DNA of 63,686 nt, counting the filler, from Folioceros fuciformis (lineage: Eukaryota), in assembly GCA_049999805.1 (NCBI GenBank). It is 13 parts of 13 records of this genome, joined end to end, with 100 filler letters (N's around TTAATTAATTAA, not from the genome) between each part and the next. Parts side by side here need not be neighbours in the genome. Positions count along the whole stretch, not along the records: positions 21,921 to 31,773 come from JBNGIO010001370.1; positions 31,874 to 45,162 come from JBNGIO010001371.1; 11 more parts are not named here. The stretch is one strand, 5' to 3'. Below, piece by piece: positions 22,095 through 34,913 of this stretch; the stretch's first letter is position 1, and each line of letters begins with the position of its first letter. The translations under genes were made by a program, and so were the position numbers. The notes beneath the pieces were generated by a model. That model searched no databases. It had not been told where the DNA came from and saw only the letters and a program-made list of their open reading frames with translations.

Positions 22095-23389
22095 GGATTC
22101 GCAGCACCGTCTTCAGACAAGTTGCTGCCGGATCTGCATCCGAATGAGCAGCATGTGATGACTCTTGTGCTGGATCTGAATGAGACGCTGGTCTACTCGG
22201 ACTGGAAGGTCTGTGAAGACAAATTTGTAGTTGAATTCTCTACCAGATGGATGAAAGCGTCCTGTGTATTCGGCCAGTGTGTCTGCTGTTGTTATTTGCT
22301 CTGACTGTCACGAAGTATTGCAGAGAGACCGTGGCTGGAGGACTTTCAAAAGGCCTGGAGTGGAAGATTTCCTGGAACAGTTAGCGCAATATTATGAACT
22401 TGTCATCTACTCTGATCAACTTGTGCCTGTAAGCATGCTGTGTGGTTGAGTTGAACTTTCCAGCTGTCATTGGTGTGTAATGCAGAGAACTTTTGGAGCT
22501 CTGACCATCAGAGTGGAAAGAATGGTAGCAGGACCTATTTGGATCGATTGAGACTCCTGGCCTGATTATTTGACAATCTGCATTTACGTTCGTATTAACA
22601 AGGTGTCGCATTTTGGCAGTATGTCGACCCCATTCTAAATCAGCTCGATCAGAAGGGGTGCGTGCGGTATAGGTTGTACCGAGATGCCACACAATACATA
22701 CATGGAAAGCACTTTCGAGTAAGATTTATTCTAAATTTAACGCTGTGCGATATCGAGTGTTGCGTTGGGAGCTTTGTTTTAATCTTCAGGGCTGGAAGTA
22801 CCGTGGGAGCACTTAATAAATGTGGTTTGATTGTTTTCAGGATCTGTCAAAGCTGAACAGAGATCCTTCCCGAGTGCTTTACTTGAGTGGTCATGCTATG
22901 GAATCCTGCCTGCAGCCTGAGAATTCTTTACCCATCAAACCATGGACGCTGGAGCCAGACGATACCTCCCTGCTAGATCTTCTGCCATTCCTTGAGTGTG
23001 AGTCCTTTCTATCCGGATAGAAGTAGGCGGAGGAGTGTTTGACAGCATGAACATGAAGATTTTGCTTTTTATTATCCTCGTCGATGATCATGATCACACT
23101 TTCTTACGTTTGCAGTTGTAGCCCGACAAAGGCCCTCTGATATACGGCCTGTACTGGCCCATTATCAAGGCAGGGATGTTGCTGCTGAATTTCGGGAGCG
23201 GACGAAGGAGTACCAGAGGTAGTGCCCTCGTGATGCCAAAGACTTGCCGCTGTCGGAGTATCACGTGCTCTCCTGCTTTTCTGTGGAAGTCAATTCACTG
23301 AACTTTTTTGGAACCGCAGGAAAATGCAGGAGCGGAAACAGCAGAGTCGTCTGTGGAGAGGGTCGATAGCACGATCAGGTCAGCAATAA
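22095..23389 (+). CDS. TIM50: Mitochondrial import inner-membrane translocase TIM50; 5' exons lost in the gap
   Basis: Six exons: PSSDKLLPDLHP..QHVMTLVLDLNETLVYSDWK|RDRGWRTFKRPGVEDFL...|YVDP..RYRLYRDATQY|DLSKLNRDPS...DDTSLLDLLPFLE|FVARQRPSDIRPVL..YQGRDV..EF.ER|KMQE. Stop TAA at 23387-23389. Confidence 0.95.
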
Positions 23390-23622
23390 CAACTGGGTGT
23401 GGCCACTTCTGGATAACTTTTTTCCGTCCCAGCGGGCAAGCTTGAATCGAAGTTCGGAGCTTTGGGCAAAGTTCCTTTCGGGAGCGGGGACGAAATCGTG
23501 TAACAGTCGATTGCGATACTAAGTGGCCGTCCGAGCTTAGAGAAGCTCCCGGTTCCGCCTGTAATGCTGAGGCCAGATACAAAGCATTGTACCGACCTGG
23601 ACTTGCACTCTACGAGCTGAGT

Positions 23623-23835
23623 GTAAACGGCAGATGAGGGTAAACAGCAGATGAGGGTAAACGGCAGATGAGGGTAAACGGCAGATGAGGGTAAACGGCA
23701 GATGAGGATAAACGGCAGATGAGGGTAAACGGCAGATGAGGGTAAACGGCAGATGAGGTTAAACGGCAGATGAGGGTAAACGGCAGATGAGGGTAAACGG
23801 CAGATGAGGGTAAAGGGCAGATGAGGGTAAACGGC
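23623..23835. repeat. 17-bp minisatellite (GTAAACGGCAGATGAGG) x12.5
   Basis: Perfectly phased units from 23623; only four units carry a single substitution. Confidence 0.97.
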
Positions 23836-24817
23836 TCGTCGGAACCGTACACCGTCAGAGTGAAGCACGTAGTTTTGGCCCGTTTGTGTCTGGACTCGTA
23901 GGTCTGTATCTTAGTTCCTAGAGGATGGAATTTTTTTATTATCATACTCGAAGATATGCCTCCTGGGCAGTGATACATAGTGGATACCGCATCGACCTGA
24001 AATGCAATGCAAGTACTGTACGTGGTACGTAGCATCGTAACACAAACCGTTTGCACAGGAGACAAAGCAAAGCGATTCCTTCTCTCGCGGGGGCCAGGAG
24101 TCCTCCTTAGCGAATCTGCTCCCATAGCAGGATATGCCAGTAGGAGATGTGTATGGTGCAAGGCCGAGTCTGACCAGATGTAATAGAAACCCTAGTCGTG
24201 AAACCACCTACCTACCTCTTGACCTGTAAAGCATCACGACTTGAAGTTAGCATGCAGCGTCTCTTGCTTTAAGCGCACCCAAACCTGTTGACCTCGATGG
24301 TGAGAAATTGCAACTGACCACCCTTTGAGGGCAAGGCAACGTGTCTAGCAACAAGCACGTGGAGCATCAGCCGCTACAGCGCTGCAACTTTCAGGGCCAA
24401 TTACGGTGCTTCAGACAGGAGCAGTGCCGAACCTTGGGTTCAGCACCCTTTCCTTTCAGAGGGGCGGCAGCTGCTGGTGCCTTGGCCGCCGAACTGGCCA
24501 CCGAATCCTCTCGTCTCACAACTGGATCCAGTTAAGAGGGAACTGATTCTGATGCTGGAGCTGGAGCTGAAGCTGGGCTGCTTCTGCAGCAGGAGCTGGA
24601 ACTTTTCATGACGCAGGTCGTTAAGGCAAACTAGGCTGTTCCAGCTCGGTGGCAGGCTGGAGTGGTGTAGAAATCAGCAGCCTGTATTATGTTTTCGGTG
24701 CTGGAATTGGCGAGCCTCGGAACTGGAATACAAGTATACTGAGGATACCAAACTTATTCAACTTGACATATCCGGTCTGCGGTGTCCGGTCGTTTGTCCC
24801 AGGGGCGGTTGTGCAAG

Positions 24818-26505
24818 ATGAGGTTGTCATTCCTCGGATGTTGCGCATGATTTGATGATTGTTCATGCGTTGCTCTGGCCGTGGCAGATGGCTGATTTGA
24901 TCTCAAGCTTTTGCTGCTACAGCATGCTCATCCAGCTTTTGTGCTTTTGCAGCCGAACACTGTGTAAGTATTTCCTTCATGGTGCATGCCTGAAGGGGGA
25001 CGCGTGCGAGTACTCCCATGATTGGAAGGATCAGACAAATGAAGTGAGTATGTTCGTGCAGACTCTTTGCAGTAATCGGCGGGTTGTGGTTATTCACAAT
25101 TGGGGCGTGTCTTTGATCTGCAGGTTTGTACTTATTATTTGAAAGGGGCTTGCGCTTATGGAGACCGATGTAGGTACCAGCATGTGAGAAGAGCAAGCAA
25201 GTCTGTTCCTCTAACCCTGCCTTTACGACTCCGAACTTCGCAGTCAGCAGGAAGTTCTGCAGGTGCCGCTGTGGGTGCAGACAGAGCCTTAAGTGAATTG
25301 ACAAGGGTTCAGCCTCTTGCAGCACAAGCGACAAGTGATGCCTGGCAAGCAACGCATGATAGCTTCCAATCTTCAGTGCTTGATGATGAAGATGAATGGG
25401 GCAAAGATTGGGGAAAGTGTATCTTTAAGTGTGACGAGAATGAGCCCCTTTGCACTCTGGCAATTACTCAGAATTGCCCTCTGGGTGATGCGTGCAATCG
25501 TCCACATGGAGAAAAATGTCCGTTCTGCGGGAAGTATTGTCTCCATCCGTTCCATGTCCTTGAGCGGGAGGAGCATTTGAAAGTTTGTGAGCGAAATCAG
25601 AAGAAGTTAAACTCTCTTTGCAGGAGCAAAGAGGTTGAATGTGGTGTTTGTCTGGAGAAAGTTCTGTCGAAACCTACTCCAGCCGAGCGTAAATTTGGGC
25701 TGATGTCTGGATGTGATCATTCGTTCTGTATGGCTTGTATACGGGGATGGAGGAGCAGTTCGAATCCTGCGAATAAGGGGGGGAACAGCGTCGTGCGCTC
25801 CTGCCCTATTTGTCGCTTGCCCTCTCATTTTGTCATCCCCAGTATCATGTGGTACTTCAGTCCGGAAGAGAAGGATGAAATTGTGTCCAACTACAGAAAA
25901 AGGCTCAGGTATGACACTACCGGACAATTCGAATAGGCTTCTGAGTTGCTGGTTGTTTGATCCTCGAGATGCTGACTGGCATCTGTGTTTCCTGGTTCGC
26001 AGTGAAATCGATTGCAAGTACTTCGACTTCGGCAACCAGACCTGTCCCTTTGGTACAAGTTGCTTTTATAAGGTTAGTAGCCGCGTCTCGAACTGGGCAT
26101 ACTGAATGTGCACAGTCTGTGCGCGCTTGTCAGCTTGTCGCGCGCCCCACCAGTATTAGTGTTGATGGTTAGCCTAAACATACTGTCAACTACAAAAGTC
26201 TGGACTGGAGCGTCAAACTTGAAGGACAATTTGGTTTCTGAAAATTAATGAATTTTGTGGATTATTGTGGGACAGCACGCCTTCAAGGACGGTCGGAAGG
26301 AAGAAGTGAAATTGCGACATCTTGGGGCAGCGGATGGCGGCACAGTCATAGCTAAGGACGTTAGGTCAGTCAAATTGATGCTACTAGGAGTCTTTTGTTC
26401 TGGTTTCTCGCGCAGACCTGCTGCATGGTATTGACTGACAAAGCGTTTTGTTGGCTGGCCTTTAGACTCTCGGACTTTTTGGGCGCGCTTGATCTACACA
26501 GGTGA
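24818..26505 (+). CDS. MKRN: Makorin RING-finger E3 ubiquitin ligase (C3H zinc fingers plus RING)
   Basis: ATG AG|...|C CGA gives [24 protein letters not shown], then [20 protein letters not shown], a makorin-type Cys/His motif, [12 protein letters not shown]...[20 protein letters not shown]...[28 protein letters not shown] and LRHLG..DG..VIAKDVRLSDFL. Stop at 26503-26505; an alternative last exon near 26831 is possible. Confidence 0.93.
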
Positions 26506-27139
26506 AGGAAGATGTTGGTGAAAGTACATGTCTTCCCTCTCCCTTAACACATGAATGAGCAAAATACGTTCCGTCTTGGGACCACTTTGTGAAGTCTCGT
26601 ACACATTCAGTAGTCTTGAAGTCTGGTCGAACGTGGATGATTGGAAGACGCGCAGGGGGTGCAGTCTTCGTCACTTGCAAACGTTTGCAGCAAAGTTGAA
26701 GGCTAGGCACAGTCTGCCCGTCAGTTTGTTCTTGCACTCCTGAGGTGATGCCAAGATGCAGTCAGCAGATGTTGCAGTGTGGATACTTGTTCAATTTGTC
26801 TTATCATTGACGTGGACTTTCCGTTTGCAGGTGTCTTGAGAGGTGCGGGACACTTCGAAGACGTGAAGCGTACAGTCTATTTTTTTAAAATGGTTTCAGT
26901 AGCTTCGCCTCGTAACGAAATGTATATCATGGTAGTGGAGTAATAGATTGCGGAACATTCTCATAGTGCGGCAATTTGCGCCCCGTTCGGCGTCGTTTCA
27001 TTTGGAATGTGGCGCGTTTACATCTCCCAAGATGCTGAGGACGTATTCCTTCAAAGATCTACTCAACTCACAACTTTTCCTTCCAATTACAGAAAAAAAA
27101 TGTAGGATAGACGACGCAAAGCTTGTGGTCACGGGGGCA

Positions 27140-30100
27140 TCAGGTACCAAGAGGCCTGCTTCCCGTTCGCGTTCCGTCGGCTCTGCCGCAACATTTCTTC
27201 CACTTCCGTTGAGATCCACATGCACAGATGGCGTTCCTACCCTGTTTCGCCCTTGTTCCAAGGGCTTTACTTCTGCAATGCTGTAATGCGCTTTCCTTCG
27301 TAGACGCACCAGCTAACTCTGTGTCCGGCGTGGAAACACCGGCGTTTCTCTTCCTCTCCACGGCAGGGACAGCCGGGGTCTCGACTGCAGCACCATTGGC
27401 TGACAGGATTCTTTTCCCGTTCGCAGACGCTCGGACGATCCTGCCCTTCCCCTCCAAACCTGGAAGATGCGACCCAGGCTGGTCGACATTGCAAACGCCG
27501 GCTGTGTCACCAGTTCCATTGCCATCAACTACACTTGAGCCGCCGGCTCCACACTTCTGCTTCTCATCATCGATGCCAGCATCATGCACAACAGACCGGA
27601 GATCAGGGTTCTGCTCTACTGCCGACACACTGCCACAATCCTCACCTGTTTTCCTTTTCGATGGACAACTAAGTTTTCTAGAGCTCGGAGGTTTATTTAA
27701 AAAGCCTGGCGTGAACAAGGGCTTGAGTTTGACCTCTTTCTGCATGCCAACCCTTTTGGGAGCCGCCGCTCCGTCAGAATTGCCTCCAAGAGCCACATCT
27801 CCATTGCCATAATTTAGTTTCCAAACCTTGTCGTCTACCAGGACAGTGCTTGTTTCCTGTTGCCCAGGCATTCCAGATGCTTCGGTCACCCGTTCACCAC
27901 CCACACCACCGCTTGCTTCAACAGATGAGACCTCATCTGGTGACGGCAAGTTGTGACCAACCTTGGAGTCTTTACTTGCTCCTTCGGAGCATAGCGGAGA
28001 CGATGAGGTAAAATTTGATGGAGCTTGACTTGTGCCGTCAACTGCAAGTCTTGCACCCCACATCTCCACCCCTTCCATCTGCGTTCCTGAACTGGACTCT
28101 GACAACTGTTCAAACCCCGAGGCATCACTTATTGCACATTCACTCACCGGACCTGCGGACTTCACTTCTGAAATCGATTCCAGTTCGTCCACCTCCATGT
28201 CCAAACAACCAAGATCTGTACTAGAATTAGATAAAGGAGACTTCCTCGATATATCTAAATGGCTGAGACCCAGAACTGGTCTCGACTCTAAATGTTGGCG
28301 CTTGGCCCTAGCTAGCAACTCAACCTGGAATGTGTCCGTTGCAAGACCTGGTGACGAGCTTCCACCAGAATCAAACCCAGAGGTCCCATTCTGGTTCTGC
28401 CCGACGTCCACAGTATGGTTGTCACTCTCCATGCTCTCCCAAACAGATGTCACATCCTTTGTCAAAGAGGAGGATGACATGATGCAATCTGACGTTGCAA
28501 CAACAGCTGATGGGCAAGAGGATGATCTACTTTGATTTCCTGCAGGCCATGAAGGAAATCCATCAGTATCCAAGCCTCTTACTGGAGGGAGTGGGGAGAG
28601 TCCTGCATCCAGTCTCCGTTTGCCAGCCTTTGTTGTTAGCAGCTGTTCAGGACTCACGATCGGTCTGTAAGGTGACAAGGGCTCCTCCTTGGAAACATAG
28701 TTGTTCGCGTCGATGGAGATCATACTAGACTGCCCAGATTGCACATTCTGCTGTGTTCGATCATCATCTGGAGATTCATCAGCACTAGTGCTCACCATCT
28801 CCACATCGCCTGTCCAAGGGGAGATGACATCTGTAGCCATTATCGTTCCTACATCTTGAATCCACGAGCTCCCATGTCCTTCACCTACTGTTTGGACAGT
28901 CCCATTGCCCACAGTCTCTGTAATCGCCTGCATGACTGCAGGCACTTTGTTGGGAAACACCCGCACTGTTGGACCGGAGGATCCGCTTACAAGATGCCCG
29001 TTGGACAAGGGGTTGCTCTTTCCGTCAAAGAACTGCACCCGAGGAAGCGCAGTAACACAGCGACTCTCAAGCCCTGTCAGTGGCGCTGGCCGTGCAAAAG
29101 ACCTGTGAATGTTCACGACCTTAGAACAGGTGCATATGCACGATCTCTCTGTCCAATGAAGAAAACCACAGTTAAAGGACTAGGACACAGGAAGATGAAC
29201 ATCACCTGGTATAGAATAGCATGTATGCCTTCTGCGCCAAAACCTTATCCAAATCAACTTCCTTGACCTGCACAAAAAACAGATCATGTGAGGCAGATAC
29301 ACCTTGCAGGCCCACAAACCTGTGCAAGCTGTCTCAAGAAGACATATGTACAAATCGAGATTCATGCATAATTTTCAAAATGGAAAAACAATGAATTGCA
29401 TTGCATGGCCTCCTATCAAATAGCTAACATTCTTGGCCAGTGATGTAGCAAACCTTGCTGTCGTCGATCTTGTACCATGAACCTTGCGAATTCTTCACAT
29501 AGCAGATATAATGGCCAAAGAAAGAGGCATTGAGCATATCCACATGCACAACTGTAGCATATAGGTGGTACGAAATCGGTGAGGCATTTTCTGTTGCACT
29601 CATATAAGGAGATATGTCCAGAACCTCGGGAAACGTCACTCGCTTGTTCAACTTGCCAAACTTGCCACTCTAATCACCACATACAACAAAGGTAAGTTAG
29701 GAGGCACTCCAAGCAGAGCTTGGCATAGGCACGTTCATTCATTTTCAGGACGACTCTGAAGCCTGTAGAAATTGTGTACAGACCTCAGACAACACAAAAG
29801 TTTACGCGGCAATACATCTGGCATACCTGAAAGCGCTTCAGAGCAATAGTGAGAATGTTTGGAGCTTCGTGGATGGTGAGACGTTTCCTGGCCTTGACAT
29901 ATGCATTACACCTAGACGAGGAAACACAAACCCATCAGGTAAACATGTGAGCTACACGAACTCCCCTGTTGTCAGGATCTCAAACGCTGATAGCAGCTAA
30001 AATGCAATAAAAGTGGGGACAGAAGCAAGTTCAAAACAGCCCAGACTCAGATTTTCAGACTAACCTATCACACTTGTACTTATTGTCACCATCCAAACAC

Positions 30101-32713
30101 TCGGGGGCTGTGAACTGCGCCAAGGCATCTTCCAGACATTCCACAAAACCCTGAATCTCCACCGCAAGATCCATCATACTTTCATATCGGTTGGATTCAT
30201 GTTGGCACTGCATACACTTCACCTGCAAAGCAAATAATACAGAAATCTAGTCTATCAATGGATTCACTGTGGCAAAGAATCCTGGATACAACAAGAAAAA
30301 CACTTCTAAATTGAACAGCAACAGTAAGCTACGCTACTGTCTCCTCACTTGAGACTGCAAATGGCCACCAAAGATGTGATGGATAAGCGTGGTTTCTTGG
30401 GTTCGTGGATCAACAGCCTTTTCGCCTCCATGTTCATCCAAGCAGATGGATTGCATTGAATCAATAGCGAATCTGCAGCCCAAAAGCAGCAGATGAACTT
30501 AAGTATTCACCCCATCCTTCGACACTATCCATGGTTTGGGGATCCCACAGAAGACCGTACCTCATAAACTCATGAGCATCCTCCTGTCTGCCATACCCAA
30601 GATGATTTCCAATGTTCCGTATTCTAGAAAGTATCCTAATTGGCGAGAACGGATTCTGACTCTGCTTAACTCTACGAACGTGATTCTGCAGCTCACACAT
30701 GAAACACCAGTCGTTCCTCTGGCCTGCATCATGTCGCACAAATCAGCAATTGAACAAATGTAGAGACAAACAAACACAATCTGCTAGTCATCACTGTGCA
30801 GCATGCACTTACAATCTTCCCCATGGGCTCCTTCAAGCAGGTAGGCCGTCAGAGGCCTGGTGTAGGTAAGGCATTGCAGCACAACGTTGGCAAAGCAGCT
30901 GCAAACCAGAAGCTAATTAATGATCTGGCAGACTACGAAGGCACAGAGGCGATGCCAAAATGAACGATAAGGGGGTACGACCTTGACTCAACACAACCAT
31001 TAGGGAACAATTGTGATCTTCATCACATGCAACACAACCTGCGCATGGAATTCCCACTTCCCAGGGGCTTCAGAAAAAAATCGCACCTGTTTCCACAGTT
31101 AACTAAGCCACATGGTGGATGTCTAAGGATATCCCAATTGAAAAACTTGACGAAGACTTCATAGGGGAACAATATCTGCAGATACACACCAAGTCGTCCC
31201 ACAGTGAGCAAAGCGTAGCCTGAACTGATGGTCTCCTAAGCACATCACAGACAGTCCATGGAATGCTTGCATTCCCCTCTACGGTGATATTGCGGTGCAC
31301 ACAGATGTATCAGGCACCATTCAGTAAGCACGACTTAGAACAGACAAAGCAGAAACCCTACATTGTCAAAGCCTGCCTAGCTCATCACTACCTTTTGACA
31401 GCAAAGTATCACGACCTGACAGCCCTCTTTAGACCACCACCCCTTATAACTTCACTCACAATTGAACGTAACCTTTTTATCTGGATAGTCAAAAAATTCG
31501 AAGTCAGACCCTCAAGACAAGTGACTACAGCACTTAAAAGCTAAGCACCCAGCGACTACCGCACAACAAATTCCAGGCCCGGTCACTGAGCATCAAACAA
31601 GAGCAGTGCACCTTCTTAGGTTTTGCCAGCTGTCCATCCGAAGGGGCAGCAGGTGCTGCGGGAGCTTCTGGTTCGGACGCCGCTTCTGAAGGCTTCGTCT
31701 CTGAGGTAGATGCAGCAGCTGCAGAAGAAGGTTCCTCTGCTGCTGGCGATGGTGCAGGGGCCGGAATTGGTTCNNNNNNNNNNNNNNNNNNNNNNNNNNN
31801 NNNNNNNNNNNNNNNNNTTAATTAATTAANNNNNNNNNNNNNNNNNNNNNNNNNNNNNNNNNNNNNNNNNNNNCTGGGGCTGGGGCTGGGGCTGGAGCTG
31901 GAGCCGGGACTTCTCCTGGGGCAGGAGCAGCAGGAGGAGCTGGATCTAGGACTGGTGCCGATGCAGGGGCGGGAGGCGGAGATACGCTGGACTCGGGAGC
32001 TACTGCTTCAACTGACTCGGTAGAAGGTTCAGGTTCGGCAGCTACAGACACGACAGGGTCTTCCTTCGGCAGCACGGGAGGCTGTTCAGGCACGACAGGT
32101 TCTTGGGACAAAACCTCGACCTTCGGCGTTGGTAATGGTGGTGGTGGTGGGGTTGAATCGGCAACCTTGGCGGTAGGCTTGGCAGCAGCAGGCCTCACTG
32201 GCTCTCGACATTCATACTTATGCGCATGTTTCCAGTGCTGAGTTTGGCAAGCCTCAGAGCTGAGAGAGGCAAACAGAACACACGGCATCAGTACTGAAAA
32301 CCTGTTGTAGCAATGCCAGGGTGCGATCTGAAACAACAACAAAACGGACATAGTTTCATGCCGGAAGCAGCCAAGGGCAACAGCGCCACATTCCTTGGCA
32401 CGCACATATCCCACTCAAATGGGTACTAGCAGACTCACCAGTATTTCACGGCCTTGCATCGCGAACAGCGCCTCGTGGATAAATTCAGGCAGATGGCACA
32501 GTTCTTACTACTCTGCAACATGGACGTGTATTCTAACGTCGACGCCTGCCCGAAACGCTCTGCTTCTTCTTGTGCTTGCCGTTGCAGCTTCCGTACCGCT
32601 ATCTGCCTGGTAGACCGTTCTTTCACCTTGTTGGGCACCACGAGACTGATCACCACGGCAAGGATGATGGCTAAAAGGACAGCTGAAATCCCTGTTTCTA
32701 CCCACTCATGCAT
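27140..32713 (-). CDS. Ubiquitin-specific protease of the UBP15-19 class (N-terminal TM, zf-MYND, UCH), with a long Ser-rich tail ending in a SEC-C motif; spans the linker at 31774-31873
   Basis: TM segment, MYND CAIC...[25 protein letters not shown], Pro/Ala linker on both sides of the gap, Cys box [31 protein letters not shown], His box [33 protein letters not shown]. About 11 exons. Confidence 0.93.
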
Positions 32714-34913
32714 CTAAATCTGCCCTGTGTTCCCGCCCTCAAAGGCATCAACCGACAAGATCCGCCCGGCACACCACCTCCCGCAATGCGCTAACCCACC
32801 AGCCCCGCCACTAACCCACCAGCAGGAAAATGAGCAGGGCTGGACTGCACCGGCCGCACGTACGTAGCTCCTCCGCCACGCAGCGACGCCAGGATCTGAG
32901 CCCGGCCCGACCCACAATCCGAGGACCCAGCAAGCGCGTTCCACGGCAACATGCGCCGCAACACCCACAATCGATCGCCCGCCCACCGATTCCCCCCAAT
33001 TCCTGCCCGAGCAGACAGGACCACCAGATGCCGCACCAGGCAAGGCCACTGGCAGCCCCGGGCCAGACCTAGGAGAAGCAGACACTCAGGCAGGCAGGCA
33101 ATAAGATTGCGCCTGCTGCCACCCGACCTGACGAAGATGGGCACCAGAGGCAACGCAAGCCGGGACCAACAGTCCTGCAGCCGGTGGCAAAAAGTGCACC
33201 GCAAGCCGAGCGCAGCAACTCAGAGAGGCAGGCCACAAAGGGAAGGCTGGAATGGAGGGGCAGTGTGGAACTGAGCCGCTGGCACAGAAGATGGCGATGG
33301 CGCCAGAATAGGATGGTCTGCAGGACGCGGCGTAAGCAACGGTGATGGCTGTGCCCCCAAACCACACGTTGGCGCGGGATGCCAGTACCTCTGGAACACA
33401 GGGGGTAACAAGGACCAACGACGGCCTGTGTGTGTAAAAGCTCCGTGTGTGTGTGTGAATATCATAAAACTGCAAAACTGTCCACTTATTGCTTTCATTT
33501 CCTGTGCAGTGCAATTCCCGTGTAGCTCCATGTACTCCCTGTCATGGTGAAGTGGGTAGGACCTCCTTCTCCAAGCACTTACCTACCGTGTGTGCCTTCC
33601 ATTGCACATCTCGCATTCCCAGGTCCTCCATGCTCTATTAGGTGTCATTTTATCCACTGGTATTTGTTAATATGAATACTAGATTCATACAACACACCAT
33701 AGTAAGGTGTTGGGTGGGTGTTGAAATGCCCGTACCCACTAAATCTTGAAGGTTAAAGGCACTAAGGAGAACACTCCACAGTTCTTGATCTCTAGATGTA
33801 TGGAAATTGGATGTTATTGAACCGTGATTTATAATGGAAGATGCAACAATCTTGGTGCAAATGGACACATGTACAATTTCATGCACCCATCCCAGAAGAG
33901 TCCCACCACTCACAATTTGAGTTGATCCAGGAGTTTATGAAGTTTAATAAGGTGTTTAGGTACCTATTTGGCTCATCATAAAATTTGACATAATAAAAAA
34001 CAATATACGTGCAGCGAGAAGTGTGCATGGTTCCCATCAGAAAGTTGACGAGTATGAATTGTGGATGCGGTAGCATGCCATTCTCGTTGGAAAGCTTGAT
34101 GTTGATGAGAAGCTTTACAAGATCAGCAAGGGAAGCAAGTGCACTTCGTCGCCAATGCTGCAGTTTGGCAAACTTTACTGACCGCTCGAAACTCGAGGAA
34201 CTTGGAGGTGGCGGGGCACACTTTTGAGGACACGGTGAAGCTTTGAAAACCAAAGTTTCGCCTGCCATGTAGTGGTGTTTGACATTTACACTGGCATCCA
34301 GATGTTGGAGCAGGCACAGAAGGTGCAATCGAGGAGGTTTAGTATCAGAGCATTGGAAGCAGCCAGGTCCGAGCTGGTGGACAAAAATGGAGGGAGGGAT
34401 GCTGGGTTTTTTAAGTTGGGGATGGCCAGTTCAAGCCAGGATGGAACAGGTCCTTTGAAAAAGGAAGATGCAGGGATCCGGACCGAGCAAATGATCGGGA
34501 GGCATATCCCAAGGTAGGATGGAAGACTGGACAGGACCGAGGGCACATGTCTTTGAAGACACACCCGTTTCTCTTGATTCTCGCAGTCCTCGGATATGCA
34601 TATCTGCTGTGGAGAGGCGAGATATCATCTGCAGGGGTGCGTCGGATAGTTGTGTACAGGCTGTGCTGAAGTGGAATTTGGAGTACCCCACAAGGCAGCA
34701 ACCTGTTGATGACTGTCTGGAGTTCGGCCATGCATCTTCAACCGACAGCTCCCACTCTCATGAGTCGAAGGAAGCCACCGTTGGCAAACCCCCAAACCAC
34801 GAGCCACATCCACATGCCCGGAAAGCCAGCAAGTGCACGAGGATGACTGGCGGGGCACAGATTTTCCAGAGGCAGAAGTGGACTGAGTTTTCGGGACCGG
34901 GACCGGGACGGCG

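Noticed and set aside
23623..23835. CAGATGAG-GGT-AAAC as a tandem minimal hammerhead ribozyme
   Set aside because: The essential core is violated (CAGA instead of CUGA, UAAA instead of GAAA), and there is no stem II or NUH site.
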